Shown one piece after another: positions 9,611 through 18,697 of a stretch of 64,000 nt of DNA. Both the position numbers and the translations under genes were made by a program. The DNA lies in the NCBI GenBank assembly GCA_046331705.1, contig JAXLQJ010000028.1:1-64000 (forward strand), in the 5' to 3' direction. Source of the DNA: a bacterium (GTDB lineage Bacteria > JADJOY01). Under the pieces are notes generated by a model, which was given only the letters and a program-made list of their open reading frames with translations, had not been told where the DNA came from and ran no database searches. Every line of letters begins with the position of its first letter. The stretch's first letter is position 1.

Positions 9611-10597
9611 ATGAAGCTCAAGGAGCTCGAGAACCTGCCGAACCACCCGCTCGTGGGGCGCGCGCTCGGCGCGATCCGCTGGCTGGACGGCTATTCCCCG
9701 ATCCCACCGCGCTTCGTGGAGCTGGCGCTCACGTACCGGTGCAATCTCTCGTGCTCGTTCTGCTACCAGGACCAGTCGCGGCGCACCGACCTTCCGGATC
9801 TGAGCTTCGACGCCATCCAGCAGATCGAGCGCAACCTCTCCGAGTCGTTCCGCTGGAAGCCGGTGATCTATCTCTTCGGCGGCGAGGCCACCATCCACCC
9901 GGATTTCGCCCGCACCTACCAGCTCTTCACCGATCGTGGCTATCGGCTGATGATGACCACGAACGGTGCGCAGCTGCGGAAATTCGCCGACCAGCTCGGC
10001 CCCAGCAAGAGTCTCCAGCGGCTCGTGCTCTCGGTGAACACGCTCGAGTTCGAGCGCTTCCGCGCCATCCTCGATGCGCTCCACGAGCGCTGCCCGCGTT
10101 ACGAGGTCTCGCTCAGCTGCCCCGTCGACCTTCCCTGGGGCGCGGGTCTGACGCTCGACGACGTGGCACGAGAGCTCGAAGGAAGTCGCGCCAGCTCGCT
10201 CGCGTTCCAGCATTCGCAGACGGTGTTCTTGCACGATCGCGACTACGATCTCGACGAGTTGGAGCGGCAGATCGACGCCGTGCGCGCCGCGCGCTACCGC
10301 ATCCCCATCCTCTTCTTTCCGGCGATACGTCGCGGCGACCTGCGGCGGTACTATTCGAGCCCGGCCTTTCCGGGAGTCGACAAGAAATGCGTGCTGCCCT
10401 GGTTCGATCTGTTCATCCGCCCCAACGGCGACGTCACTCCGTGCGACGAGGTGGATCGGGTCGTGGGCAACGTCTTTCGCGATCGCATACGAACGATCTG
10501 GAACGGTCCCTCGTTGCGCGATTTCCGGCGCCGCATCCATCGCGACGGCAACTCCGAACGATTCTGCGGCCGCTGCTGCCACCGGCAGTACTATTGA
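9611..10597 (+). CDS. Radical SAM/SPASM-domain protein
   Basis: CNLSCSFC, FGGEA, SPASM pattern CVLPW...NGDVTPC...GNV...IWNG...CGRCC. Start set at ATG 9611 inside the longer ORF-track frame. Confidence 0.88.
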   Translation: MKLKELENLPNHPLVGRALGAIRWLDGYSPIPPRFVELALTYRCNLSCSFCYQDQSRRTDLPDLSFDAIQQIERNLSESFRWKPVIYLFGGEATIHPDFARTYQLFTDRGYRLMMTTNGAQLRKFADQLGPSKSLQRLVLSVNTLEFERFRAILDALHERCPRYEVSLSCPVDLPWGAGLTLDDVARELEGSRASSLAFQHSQTVFLHDRDYDLDELERQIDAVRAARYRIPILFFPAIRRGDLRRYYSSPAFPGVDKKCVLPWFDLFIRPNGDVTPCDEVDRVVGNVFRDRIRTIWNGPSLRDFRRRIHRDGNSERFCGRCCHRQYY

Positions 10598-10723
10598 ACG
10601 CCGCGGCGCGGTTCGTGGGCGCTGGCGGCGGCTGCAACGAGCGCTGGGCGCGCCGACCAGGGCACGCAGCCCCCGCGACGTCGCCTCGCGATCCACGCGT
10701 GTGACCGGCTCCACCTCCAGCGC

Positions 10724-12604
10724 ATGTGCGGAATCGCCGGCTACGTGACGCGCGAGCCGCGACCGGAGGTCGTCGCGCGCATGCTCGCCGCGGTCGCGCA
10801 CCGCGGCCCGGACGGCGAGGGCGAGTGGACGTCGCGGCACGGTCCCTGGCACGTGGCGCTCGGCAATCGGCGGCTCGCGGTGCTCGGCGGCTCGGCAGGC
10901 GCTCAACCCATGGCGAGCGACGACGGCGTGGTCCACGTCACGTTCAACGGCGAGATCGTGAACTGGCGCGACCTCGCGGCGCGCCTCGGCGACGAGCGTG
11001 GCCCATCTCCCACCGCGACCGACACGGAGGTCTTGGTCCGGCAGCTCGCTCTGCACGGCGCCGCCGGAATCGCCGAGCTCGACGGGATGTTCGCGTTCGC
11101 CGCCTGGGACACGCGATCGCGGCGGCTGCTGCTCGCACGCGATCGGGCCGGCATCAAGCCGCTCTACTACGCGCCGCTCGCGGACGGCGGCGTCGCGTTC
11201 GCGTCGGAGCTGAGCGCGTTGCTCCGTCATCCCGGCATCGGGCGCCGGCTCGATCACGACGCCCTCGCCGACTACTTCTTCGCCGACTACGCCGCGCCGC
11301 CGCGAAGCCTGGTGGACGGGGTGCGGAAGCTCGCGCCGGGATGCTTCGTGGCGTGGGACGACGGCCGACTCTCCGAGGAGCGCGCCTTCTGGCGGCCGCC
11401 GCCAGCGCAATCCTGGCGCGAGGACGCGTCGAGCGACGCGCTCGCGAGCGAGCTCTGGGAGCGGCTCGTCGGCGCCGTCGCCCGCTACCAGTCGGCTGAC
11501 GTACCGATCGGCTTCTTCGTGAGCGGCGGCATCGACTCGGCGCTCGTCGCGCGGGCTGCACGGGTTCCTCCCGGCGAGCGGTTACGCACGTTCTCGCTCG
11601 CCTTCAGCGATCCCTCCTACGACGAGAGCGGCTACTCGCGGATGATGGCGGAGGCGTTGCGCAGCGATCACACCGAGGTCCGGCTCGAGCCCGAGGCGCT
11701 GCTCGAGAGCGTGCCTCGGATCGCCGACTCGCTGGACGAGCCGCTCGCCGACCCGTCCTACATCGCCACGTACTTGCTCTGCGAAGCGGCGGCGCGCTCG
11801 GTGAAGGTCGCGCTCGGCGGCGACGGCGGCGACGAGCTCTGGGGTGGCTATCAGAGCTATCTGGCGCACCGCCTCGCTCGCCCCTGGCGCGCCGTCCCGC
11901 GCGCCCTGCGCGGGCTGGCGGCAAGGTGGGTCGATCGCCTGCCGGTCGGCTCCGGCTATCAGCAGCTCGACTTCAAGCTGCGCCGATTCGTGCTGCGCTG
12001 GGACGACGACGCGCGGCGCCGCCACCTGCGGTGGATGGGGAACGTCGACCTGCCCGAGCTCCGGCGACTGCTACCGCGGCTCGATCGCGAGCCGCCGGTG
12101 CTCGCCACCGAGATCCCGCTCGATCCCCGTGACCCGCTGCAGGACTGCCTGAGCCTCGACCTCGCGACGTATCTGCCCAACGCGGTGCTCACCAAGGTCG
12201 ATCGCGCGTCCATGGCGCACGGCCTCGAGGTGCGGCCGCCCTACTTGGCGAACGACCTCGTGGATTGGGCGCGGCGCCTGCCCACCCGCTACAAGGTCCG
12301 TGGGCTCGAGACCAAATGGCTGCTCAAGCGCGCGGCCCGCGGGCGGATCCCACGACCGATCATCGAACGCAGCAAGCACGGCTTCGGTGCTCCCATCGCG
12401 GCACTCGCTCGCGGACCGTTCGCCGCGAGCCTCCAGTCGATCCTCGCGGATTCCCCGCTGTGGGTGGGAGAGCGAATCGCGCGGCCCGTGGTTCGGGAGT
12501 GGCTCGACTCCCACCGCGCGGGGCGTGCCGACCACGGCCATGCGCTCTGGTCGATCTTCGTCCTCGATCGCTGGCTGCGCCGCCACGACGTCACCCTCGC
12601 TTGA
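10724..12604 (+). CDS. asnB: Asparagine synthase-like glutamine amidotransferase (AsnB family), copy 1
   Basis: MCGIAG (Ntn Cys), HRGPD, NGEI, ARDRAGIKPLYY, SGGIDS, GDGGDE, DRASMAHGLEVR. Confidence 0.9.
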   Translation: MCGIAGYVTREPRPEVVARMLAAVAHRGPDGEGEWTSRHGPWHVALGNRRLAVLGGSAGAQPMASDDGVVHVTFNGEIVNWRDLAARLGDERGPSPTATDTEVLVRQLALHGAAGIAELDGMFAFAAWDTRSRRLLLARDRAGIKPLYYAPLADGGVAFASELSALLRHPGIGRRLDHDALADYFFADYAAPPRSLVDGVRKLAPGCFVAWDDGRLSEERAFWRPPPAQSWREDASSDALASELWERLVGAVARYQSADVPIGFFVSGGIDSALVARAARVPPGERLRTFSLAFSDPSYDESGYSRMMAEALRSDHTEVRLEPEALLESVPRIADSLDEPLADPSYIATYLLCEAAARSVKVALGGDGGDELWGGYQSYLAHRLARPWRAVPRALRGLAARWVDRLPVGSGYQQLDFKLRRFVLRWDDDARRRHLRWMGNVDLPELRRLLPRLDREPPVLATEIPLDPRDPLQDCLSLDLATYLPNAVLTKVDRASMAHGLEVRPPYLANDLVDWARRLPTRYKVRGLETKWLLKRAARGRIPRPIIERSKHGFGAPIAALARGPFAASLQSILADSPLWVGERIARPVVREWLDSHRAGRADHGHALWSIFVLDRWLRRHDVTLA

Positions 12605-12744
12605 GCGCGGCCGAGCTGCGCGCGGCGCCACCCTCACGAACCCGACACCCCGCCCCGACACGCTGGCCCCGGGGGACGAGCGTTGTATCTTCCGGCACCC
12701 AGCCGCGGGCGACGCCCCCTCGACCGCGCCGGCGAGCCTTCGAC

Positions 12745-14664
12745 ATGTGTGGAATCGCGGGAGCGATCTCGCTGGGACGGCCGATCGACGAGGCCGATCG
12801 CGTCACCGCCGCGGCGATGACGCACGTGTTGCGTCATCGAGGCCCGGATCGCACCGGCTTCTTCGCGGACGCGTCGTGCGTGCTGGGAAATACCCGTCTC
12901 AAGATCCTGGATCTCTCCGACGCGGCGAATCTGCCGATGTCGAGCCCGGACGGCCGCGTGCACGTCGTCTACAACGGCGAGGTCACCAACTTCCGCGAGC
13001 TGCGCGCGCGCCTTCGCCTCGACGAGCGCCACGCGTTCCGCACCACCTCCGACACCGAGGTGGTGCTGGCGCTCTACCTCGCGCTGGGCATCGACTTCCT
13101 GCGCGAGCTGACCGGCATGTTCGCGCTCTGCATCTACGACCAGCGCGCGCAGAAGGTCTACGTCGTCCGCGACTTCTTCGGCATCCGTCCGCTCTTCGTG
13201 ATGGCGACGGCGGAGCGGCTCTACTTCGCGTCCGAGATCAAGTCGTTCCTGGAGATCCCCGGCTTCTCGGGACGCATCGACGAGGAAGCGTTCTTCCACT
13301 TCTTCGGGCTCGCCTACATCCCCGGCGCGCGCACGCCGTTCGCGGACGTGCGCGAGATCGACGGCGGGCACCTGGTCGAGGTGGATCTGGTCGAGCGACG
13401 GTTCGCCGACCGCGAGTACTACGCGCTCCGTTACGCCCCCGACGCGAGCCTGACCGAGGCAGAGCTGGCGCCCAGGCTGTTCGCCGCCATGCGCGACAGC
13501 GTCGCGCGAAATCTCGTCTCCGACGCGCCGCTGGGGCTCACGCTTTCCGGTGGGTTCGACACCAGCTCGATCCTGGCGATCACCCGCGAGCTGGTGGGCG
13601 ACCGCGACATCCACACCTACTCCATCGCGATGGCCGACGAGAGCTTCGACGAATCGGCCTATCAGCGGATCATGGTGGACGCCACGCGGTCGATCCACCA
13701 CGAGATCCGCTTCGGACCCGAGCTGGTCCTCGAGCACCTGATCGAGCACATGGCGTTCCTGGACGAGCCGACGGGCGACGGCGCCGCCATCCCTTCGTAC
13801 GTGCTCGCCAAGGAGGCGCGCAAGACCGTCGCGGTGCTGCTCTCCGGCGAAGGCGGCGACGAAGTGTTCAACGCGTACGAGACCCACGGCGCGTTCAAGG
13901 TCCGGCAGCTCTATCGGCGCTGGGTGCCCGAGACGGTGCGCCTCGCCGCGCGCGCCGCCGCGCGGCAGCTGCCGTGCTCCTACCGCAAGCTCAGCTTCGA
14001 CTTCCTCGCCAAACGCTTCACCGAAGGGGCCGAGCACGGCACACCCGAGGCCCACTACTTCTGGCGCCACGCGCTCTCTCCCGACGAGCAGCGCGCGCTC
14101 ATGCCCGCGTGCACCCACACGCCACCGACAGCGACGCTCTTTCGCGAGCTCTTCGATCGGCACCCGTTTCCCGACGAGCTCAACCGGATCTCGCTGATCG
14201 ATCTCAAGTACTACTTCATCGGCGATCTGATGGTGAAGAACGACCGCACCTTCATGGCCCATTCGGTGGAGGCGCGTTTCCCGTGGATGGACCGGCTGCT
14301 GTTCGAGCTGATGAGCAGCGTGCCTCCCGACCTGCGCATTCACGGGCTCGAGCGGCGCTACATCCAGAAGCAGGCGATGAAGGACCACGTACCGGAGGCC
14401 ATCTACCGGCGCTCGAACATGGGCCTCGAGATGCCGCATTCGGCCTGGTTCCTGCGCGAGCTGCGGCCGCTCGGCGAGCGCTACTTCGCCCGTGACGCCG
14501 TGGCGCGCGTGCCGTTCCTCGATCCCGACACCGTGCGAGCGCTGTGGGACGATCACCTGGCGCGCCGCAAGGACCACGGGCGCTCGCTCTGGTGCATCCT
14601 GAACGCGATCGTGTGGTTCGACCTCTTCGTCCACACCCGCGACTACAAGAGGTATCTCCGCTGA
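12745..14664 (+). CDS. asnB: Asparagine synthase-like glutamine amidotransferase (AsnB family), copy 2
   Basis: MCGIAG at ATG 12745, HRGPD, YNGEV, RDFFGIRPL, LSGGFDT, SGEGGDE, DRTFMAHSVEARFP. Confidence 0.9.
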   Translation: MCGIAGAISLGRPIDEADRVTAAAMTHVLRHRGPDRTGFFADASCVLGNTRLKILDLSDAANLPMSSPDGRVHVVYNGEVTNFRELRARLRLDERHAFRTTSDTEVVLALYLALGIDFLRELTGMFALCIYDQRAQKVYVVRDFFGIRPLFVMATAERLYFASEIKSFLEIPGFSGRIDEEAFFHFFGLAYIPGARTPFADVREIDGGHLVEVDLVERRFADREYYALRYAPDASLTEAELAPRLFAAMRDSVARNLVSDAPLGLTLSGGFDTSSILAITRELVGDRDIHTYSIAMADESFDESAYQRIMVDATRSIHHEIRFGPELVLEHLIEHMAFLDEPTGDGAAIPSYVLAKEARKTVAVLLSGEGGDEVFNAYETHGAFKVRQLYRRWVPETVRLAARAAARQLPCSYRKLSFDFLAKRFTEGAEHGTPEAHYFWRHALSPDEQRALMPACTHTPPTATLFRELFDRHPFPDELNRISLIDLKYYFIGDLMVKNDRTFMAHSVEARFPWMDRLLFELMSSVPPDLRIHGLERRYIQKQAMKDHVPEAIYRRSNMGLEMPHSAWFLRELRPLGERYFARDAVARVPFLDPDTVRALWDDHLARRKDHGRSLWCILNAIVWFDLFVHTRDYKRYLR

Positions 14665-14683
14665 GCGCGGATGCAATGGCCGC

Positions 14684-16306
14684 GTGGAGCCCGACCGCAC
14701 CGAGGGGCGCGCCCACGACGCGCTCGCGGCGAGGCCGGCGGGCGAGCCGAGGACGGTGAGCGACGCGGGCGCACCTGCGCGCGGCTCGAGCCTCGCGCTC
14801 GAGCTGCTCGGGCTCGTGCTGCTCGCGGTGATGCTGGTCGCGCCGAGCGCCATACCGATCCCGCTGCTCGCCGTCGTCGGCCACGTGGTCGGCTACCCGC
14901 TCGCGGCGCTGGTGGCCGCGAAGCTCCAGAAGCGGCCGCCCGTCGCGATCCGCGGGATCGGCGTTCCCGAGTGCGTGGTGGCGCTGCTGCTGCTAAACGC
15001 GTTCCTGTGCTGGATCCCGGCCGCCCTCGTCCTCGCCGCCTTCTTGCTCGCCGGCTGGGCGTCGATCCGGCGCGGCTCGTTGCGCCGCTTCGTCCTCGTG
15101 GTGGTGGCGGCGGCCGGGGCGACGCTCGCGAGCGGCCTGCCGGCGGGCGCGCCGCTCTGGTGGTTCCACTTCGGCCTCGCGCTGGTATCCGTGAGCGCGT
15201 GCTTCGGTCCCTATTTCGCGCTGGCGCCCGCGGTGGCGGCGCATCGCGCTCGGCCGACGCGCGCGCTCATGCTCGGAGCCTTCATCCTGCTCGGCCCGAC
15301 CATCCGCTTCTACGGTCAAGGCGCTTCCACTCCCTGGCTCACGCCGCTGGTCGCGCGGCAGCCCGGCTTCGCGCTCCTCGTCGCACCCAGCCTGCGCACC
15401 CTCGGAACGCGTGGCGTGGCGCCGATCCCGGGGGGCCTGCTGATCCAGGAGAACGGCGCGCACTTGCGCGTGCTGCGCGATGGGGTGCTGCGCGAGTGCT
15501 TCGGAAGACACGCCCACTTCGGGCGCGTGGACCAGCCCGTCTGCGATCCCGAGGATCGATTCACCTGCTACGTACCCATGGACGACGGTGGGCTCCTGAC
15601 GGTGAACACCCTCGACTGTCGGGTGACGCGACTGCCGATCACGTCCCTCGCCTACGATCTGCTGGAGGCCGATCCGTCGCACCGGCACTTCGCGCTGGTG
15701 AACGGCCGCGACCACGTGGTGACGCTCCTCGAGCGACTCGCTCCCGGGCGCTTCCGACACGTCGCGGATCTCGCGATGGAGACGCTCATCGGCAAGAAGC
15801 TGCCGTCGTCGCGATCCATCACCCTGACCGAGGACGCGATGCTCTACGCGGCCCCCACCGCCAACCGGCAGATCGAGGTCTGGTCGTACGATTTCGGCGA
15901 CGGCGAGCTCGAGCGGATTCTCGCGACGCGGCCGGGGACGACCGCCATCGGCGGGTCGTGGCACGGGCTCGCCGTGCCCGGCGAGCGGATCATCCACACC
16001 AACGTCCTCGGCTTGGTCCAGGTCTACGACTGGAACGGCGAGCTGTCTCGCCAAGTGCGGCTCGCGCCGCTGCTGCGGCAGGTCGTCTACGACCCCGAGC
16101 GCCGCCTCGCGTACGTGCTCGACGACTTCGGCTTCCTGTGGGTCGTCGATCCACGCTCGGGGACGCGACGACAGCCCTTCTTCGTGGGCCTCAAGCCCAA
16201 GAACATGACCTTCGAGGACGGCGTGCTCTACCTCGGCAGCAGCGCCGGCATCTTCGCGATTCGGCTCGACGAGGCCCTCGCGGGACGCGACCCGGCAACA
16301 CCCTGA
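14684..16306 (+). CDS. Membrane-anchored beta-propeller protein, paralog 3
   Basis: About 6-7 N-terminal TM helices; C-terminal blades (LRQVVYDPERRLAYVLD, FVGLKPKNM, LYLGSSAGIFAI) match the end of the other paralogs. Confidence 0.6.
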   Translation: MEPDRTEGRAHDALAARPAGEPRTVSDAGAPARGSSLALELLGLVLLAVMLVAPSAIPIPLLAVVGHVVGYPLAALVAAKLQKRPPVAIRGIGVPECVVALLLLNAFLCWIPAALVLAAFLLAGWASIRRGSLRRFVLVVVAAAGATLASGLPAGAPLWWFHFGLALVSVSACFGPYFALAPAVAAHRARPTRALMLGAFILLGPTIRFYGQGASTPWLTPLVARQPGFALLVAPSLRTLGTRGVAPIPGGLLIQENGAHLRVLRDGVLRECFGRHAHFGRVDQPVCDPEDRFTCYVPMDDGGLLTVNTLDCRVTRLPITSLAYDLLEADPSHRHFALVNGRDHVVTLLERLAPGRFRHVADLAMETLIGKKLPSSRSITLTEDAMLYAAPTANRQIEVWSYDFGDGELERILATRPGTTAIGGSWHGLAVPGERIIHTNVLGLVQVYDWNGELSRQVRLAPLLRQVVYDPERRLAYVLDDFGFLWVVDPRSGTRRQPFFVGLKPKNMTFEDGVLYLGSSAGIFAIRLDEALAGRDPATP

Positions 16307-16396
16307 GCGCGCCGCGCGCGCTCCGCTGACCCCGCGCGCGCAGGCGGCCGCCGCGCCAGCCGCTCGTGCCCTCGGCCCGCCTAGCCCTTTCCGCGC

Positions 16397-17650
16397 TCAG
16401 CGGGCCGGCGGCGCGCCCGACAGGATCTGGTCCGCGAGCATCCGGGCGACGATCGCGTGGCCGAGCGCGTTGGGATGGCCGAGATCGGCGACGAAGTAGA
16501 GCGCGGGCAAGAGCCGCGACCCGATCTCGCCCTCGGCATCGACCACCTCGACGCCACGCTCCCGCCCGATCGCGAGCGACAGCTCTCGCATGTCGCGGAT
16601 CCAGCGGATTCCCCACGGCCGTCCCGACGGAGGCGTCACGATGAGCGGGCGGATGCCGTGCTCCCGCGACTTCGCCAGGATGTCCTCGACGTGCGCCCGG
16701 TAGCGCGGGCGCAACAGCTCGGGCTCGTAGGCTCCTTGCGCCCACTCGTCGTTGTCCCCCATGTAGATGGAGACGATCGCGGGCCGGTAGGCGAGCGCAT
16801 GCTCGAACTGCTCGGCGAGATGCGAGGTCGCCGCGCCGCTGAACGCGCAGTTCACGACGCGGAACGGCCGCTCCGGCCGGGTGGCGTTGAGCCGTTCCTC
16901 GAGCAGCGCTCCGTAGCTCATCGTGCCGGGCAGCAAGATCGCCTCGGTGGACGAGTCGCCGAGCAACGCGACGGTCACCGTGCCTTCGTCGACCGTCTTG
17001 GGCGGATTGCTGGATCGGGTCGCATCGAGGCATTCCGCCGGCATGGGATGGAACGTGGTGGGGACCGCCAGGAACGCCGCGACACCCGCCACGGCGACGC
17101 CGGTCCGAATCCAGCCGTGGCGCTCGCGCCGCACCAGCGCCTGGAAGACCCGGCGCCGTGAAGCGAGCAGCGCCACCAGCACCAGGAAGAGGAAGTTGCT
17201 GGTGAGCATCCACGAGCCCACGTAAGCGGCGGCGACCCATGCGACCGGCGCCCAGCGGGGCTCGCCACCGCCTTCGTGGCGCGCCCGGTAGCCGCGCGCC
17301 CAGCGGATCGCGAGCCCTGCGGCGAGCGTGAACGGCAAGGCGCCCACGTGGCCGTCGACACCCGGAACCAGCGCGCACACGAGCGCGAGGACCACGACAC
17401 CAGCGAACGGCCGCAAGCGTGGATCGCGCAGGATCGCCCGCGACCGCAACGCCGCGAGCGGCGGCGCGAGCGCCGCCAGCGCGATCGCGAGCGCGGTGAA
17501 GAGCAGTCCGCTCGCCGAGAGCGTGACCGCGAACATGAAGACGCCGATCGCGAGCGTCTCGACGATGCACAGGAAGAGATACTCGAGCAGCGCCGGGACG
17601 CCGCGCAGCGCCCGGCCGAGGCGCGTCGCGCCGGTCGTGGGCTCAGCCAC
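16397..17650 (-). CDS. Membrane protein with C-terminal SGNH/GDSL hydrolase domain
   Basis: Multiple N-terminal TM helices; SGNH blocks LGDSS, FSGA, MGDND, DLGHPN (DxxH). Confidence 0.78.
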   Translation of the reverse strand: MAEPTTGATRLGRALRGVPALLEYLFLCIVETLAIGVFMFAVTLSASGLLFTALAIALAALAPPLAALRSRAILRDPRLRPFAGVVVLALVCALVPGVDGHVGALPFTLAAGLAIRWARGYRARHEGGGEPRWAPVAWVAAAYVGSWMLTSNFLFLVLVALLASRRRVFQALVRRERHGWIRTGVAVAGVAAFLAVPTTFHPMPAECLDATRSSNPPKTVDEGTVTVALLGDSSTEAILLPGTMSYGALLEERLNATRPERPFRVVNCAFSGAATSHLAEQFEHALAYRPAIVSIYMGDNDEWAQGAYEPELLRPRYRAHVEDILAKSREHGIRPLIVTPPSGRPWGIRWIRDMRELSLAIGRERGVEVVDAEGEIGSRLLPALYFVADLGHPNALGHAIVARMLADQILSGAPPAR

Positions 17651-18362
17651 CGGAGGCGACGGCGACGTCCGCCGCGCGCGCGGCGCGCGGGAACGGCTGG
17701 GGGACGGGGAAGTCGAGGTCGTCGAGGCTCACCAGCGGTCGGCGCAGCCGCGCCGAGAGCAGGAGCGCGAACCAGACGTAGAAGATCACCTGCTGGAGCA
17801 CCCGCGAGAACGGCGGGATGTCGATGAGGTTGAAGAGCAGCAGCGCGAACACGATCCAGCCGATCGCCAGCTTGAGCCCCTTCTTCGAGCCGGGCGGCTG
17901 CGGCACCCAGAACTGCAGGAAGAGCGGGAAGGCCATGAACGGCCGCCAGGCCCACGCTCCCCAGATCTGCAGCCAGCTCGTCTTCACCTTCCAGGTCCAC
18001 CAGCCGACCTCGAAGTTGACGTACTCGATCGCGAGGCCGACGAAGCTGGTCAGGAAGACCGTGGCGCAGAGCAGCCGGAAGAACGGCACCACGCGACGGC
18101 CGTCGACGCGCTGCTCGAAGAGGTGGATCGACAAGCTGAACGCGCAGTAGAAGGCGAACGTGAAGCCGATGACGTGGATCACCGGGAAGCCGAGGATCTG
18201 CGGCAGCTTCGCGTCGAACACGTAGAAGTCTCGTCCGCCGTAGAGCGCCGACGCGGGAATCGCGATGCCGAAGAAGAGCTGGGTGGCGCGCAGCGAGCGG
18301 AAGAAGAGGCTGTGAATCACCAGCGCCGCGAGGCAGAGCGTAGCCGGCAGCATCAGGAGCAT
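17643..18362 (-). CDS. Polytopic membrane protein, possibly DUF422/CruF-like
   Basis: Very hydrophobic; ILGFPV and IEYVNFEVGWWTW resemble the lGvP...gwW.W pattern of DUF422. Start set at ATG 18362. Confidence 0.45.
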   Translation of the reverse strand: MLLMLPATLCLAALVIHSLFFRSLRATQLFFGIAIPASALYGGRDFYVFDAKLPQILGFPVIHVIGFTFAFYCAFSLSIHLFEQRVDGRRVVPFFRLLCATVFLTSFVGLAIEYVNFEVGWWTWKVKTSWLQIWGAWAWRPFMAFPLFLQFWVPQPPGSKKGLKLAIGWIVFALLLFNLIDIPPFSRVLQQVIFYVWFALLLSARLRRPLVSLDDLDFPVPQPFPRAARAADVAVASGG

Positions 18363-18550
18363 GCGGCTCTCCTGCGCTTCACTGCGGCGGCGATCGCGAG
18401 CACCGCCGCGACGAAGATGGGAACGGTCGGGATCAGCGCCTTGGGCGAGCCTTGCTTGAGCAGCACGGCCGCGACGCACACCGCGACGAACACGAAGATC
18501 GCGAGCTCGGGAACGAAATAGAGAACGCGCGTCAAGCGGGACTCACGCAT
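18353..18550 (-). CDS. Small two-helix membrane protein (65 aa), hypothetical
   Basis: Two hydrophobic segments flanked by basic residues; overlaps the start of the downstream gene by 10 bp. Confidence 0.5.
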   Translation of the reverse strand: MRESRLTRVLYFVPELAIFVFVAVCVAAVLLKQGSPKALIPTVPIFVAAVLAIAAAVKRRRAACS

Positions 18551-18697
18551 GCGGCCCTCGTCGCCTGGGCTCGTGCGCGTGGCGTGTCGCGCCGCGAGCG
18601 ATCGGATCGGCGCGAAACCTTACCACAGCGCCTCCGCGACCCACGCGAGCGTTGCCGCGATCGAGACGCGGCTCGACCACGCTGCCGTGTCCGCCCG

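Noticed and set aside
3268-10597. Assigning the radical SAM genes to NirJ/Ahb heme synthesis, HpnH hopanoid synthesis or QhpD
   Set aside because: Only generic radical SAM/SPASM motifs are visible. The partner genes of those pathways (ahbAB/nirDL, shc, Cys-rich QhpC) are absent.
10724-14664. Lasso peptide or other RiPP cluster (AsnB-like cyclase plus SPASM enzymes)
   Set aside because: Both AsnB proteins keep a full glutaminase domain with the N-terminal Cys. I found no transglutaminase-like B protein, RRE/PqqD domain or plausible precursor peptide.
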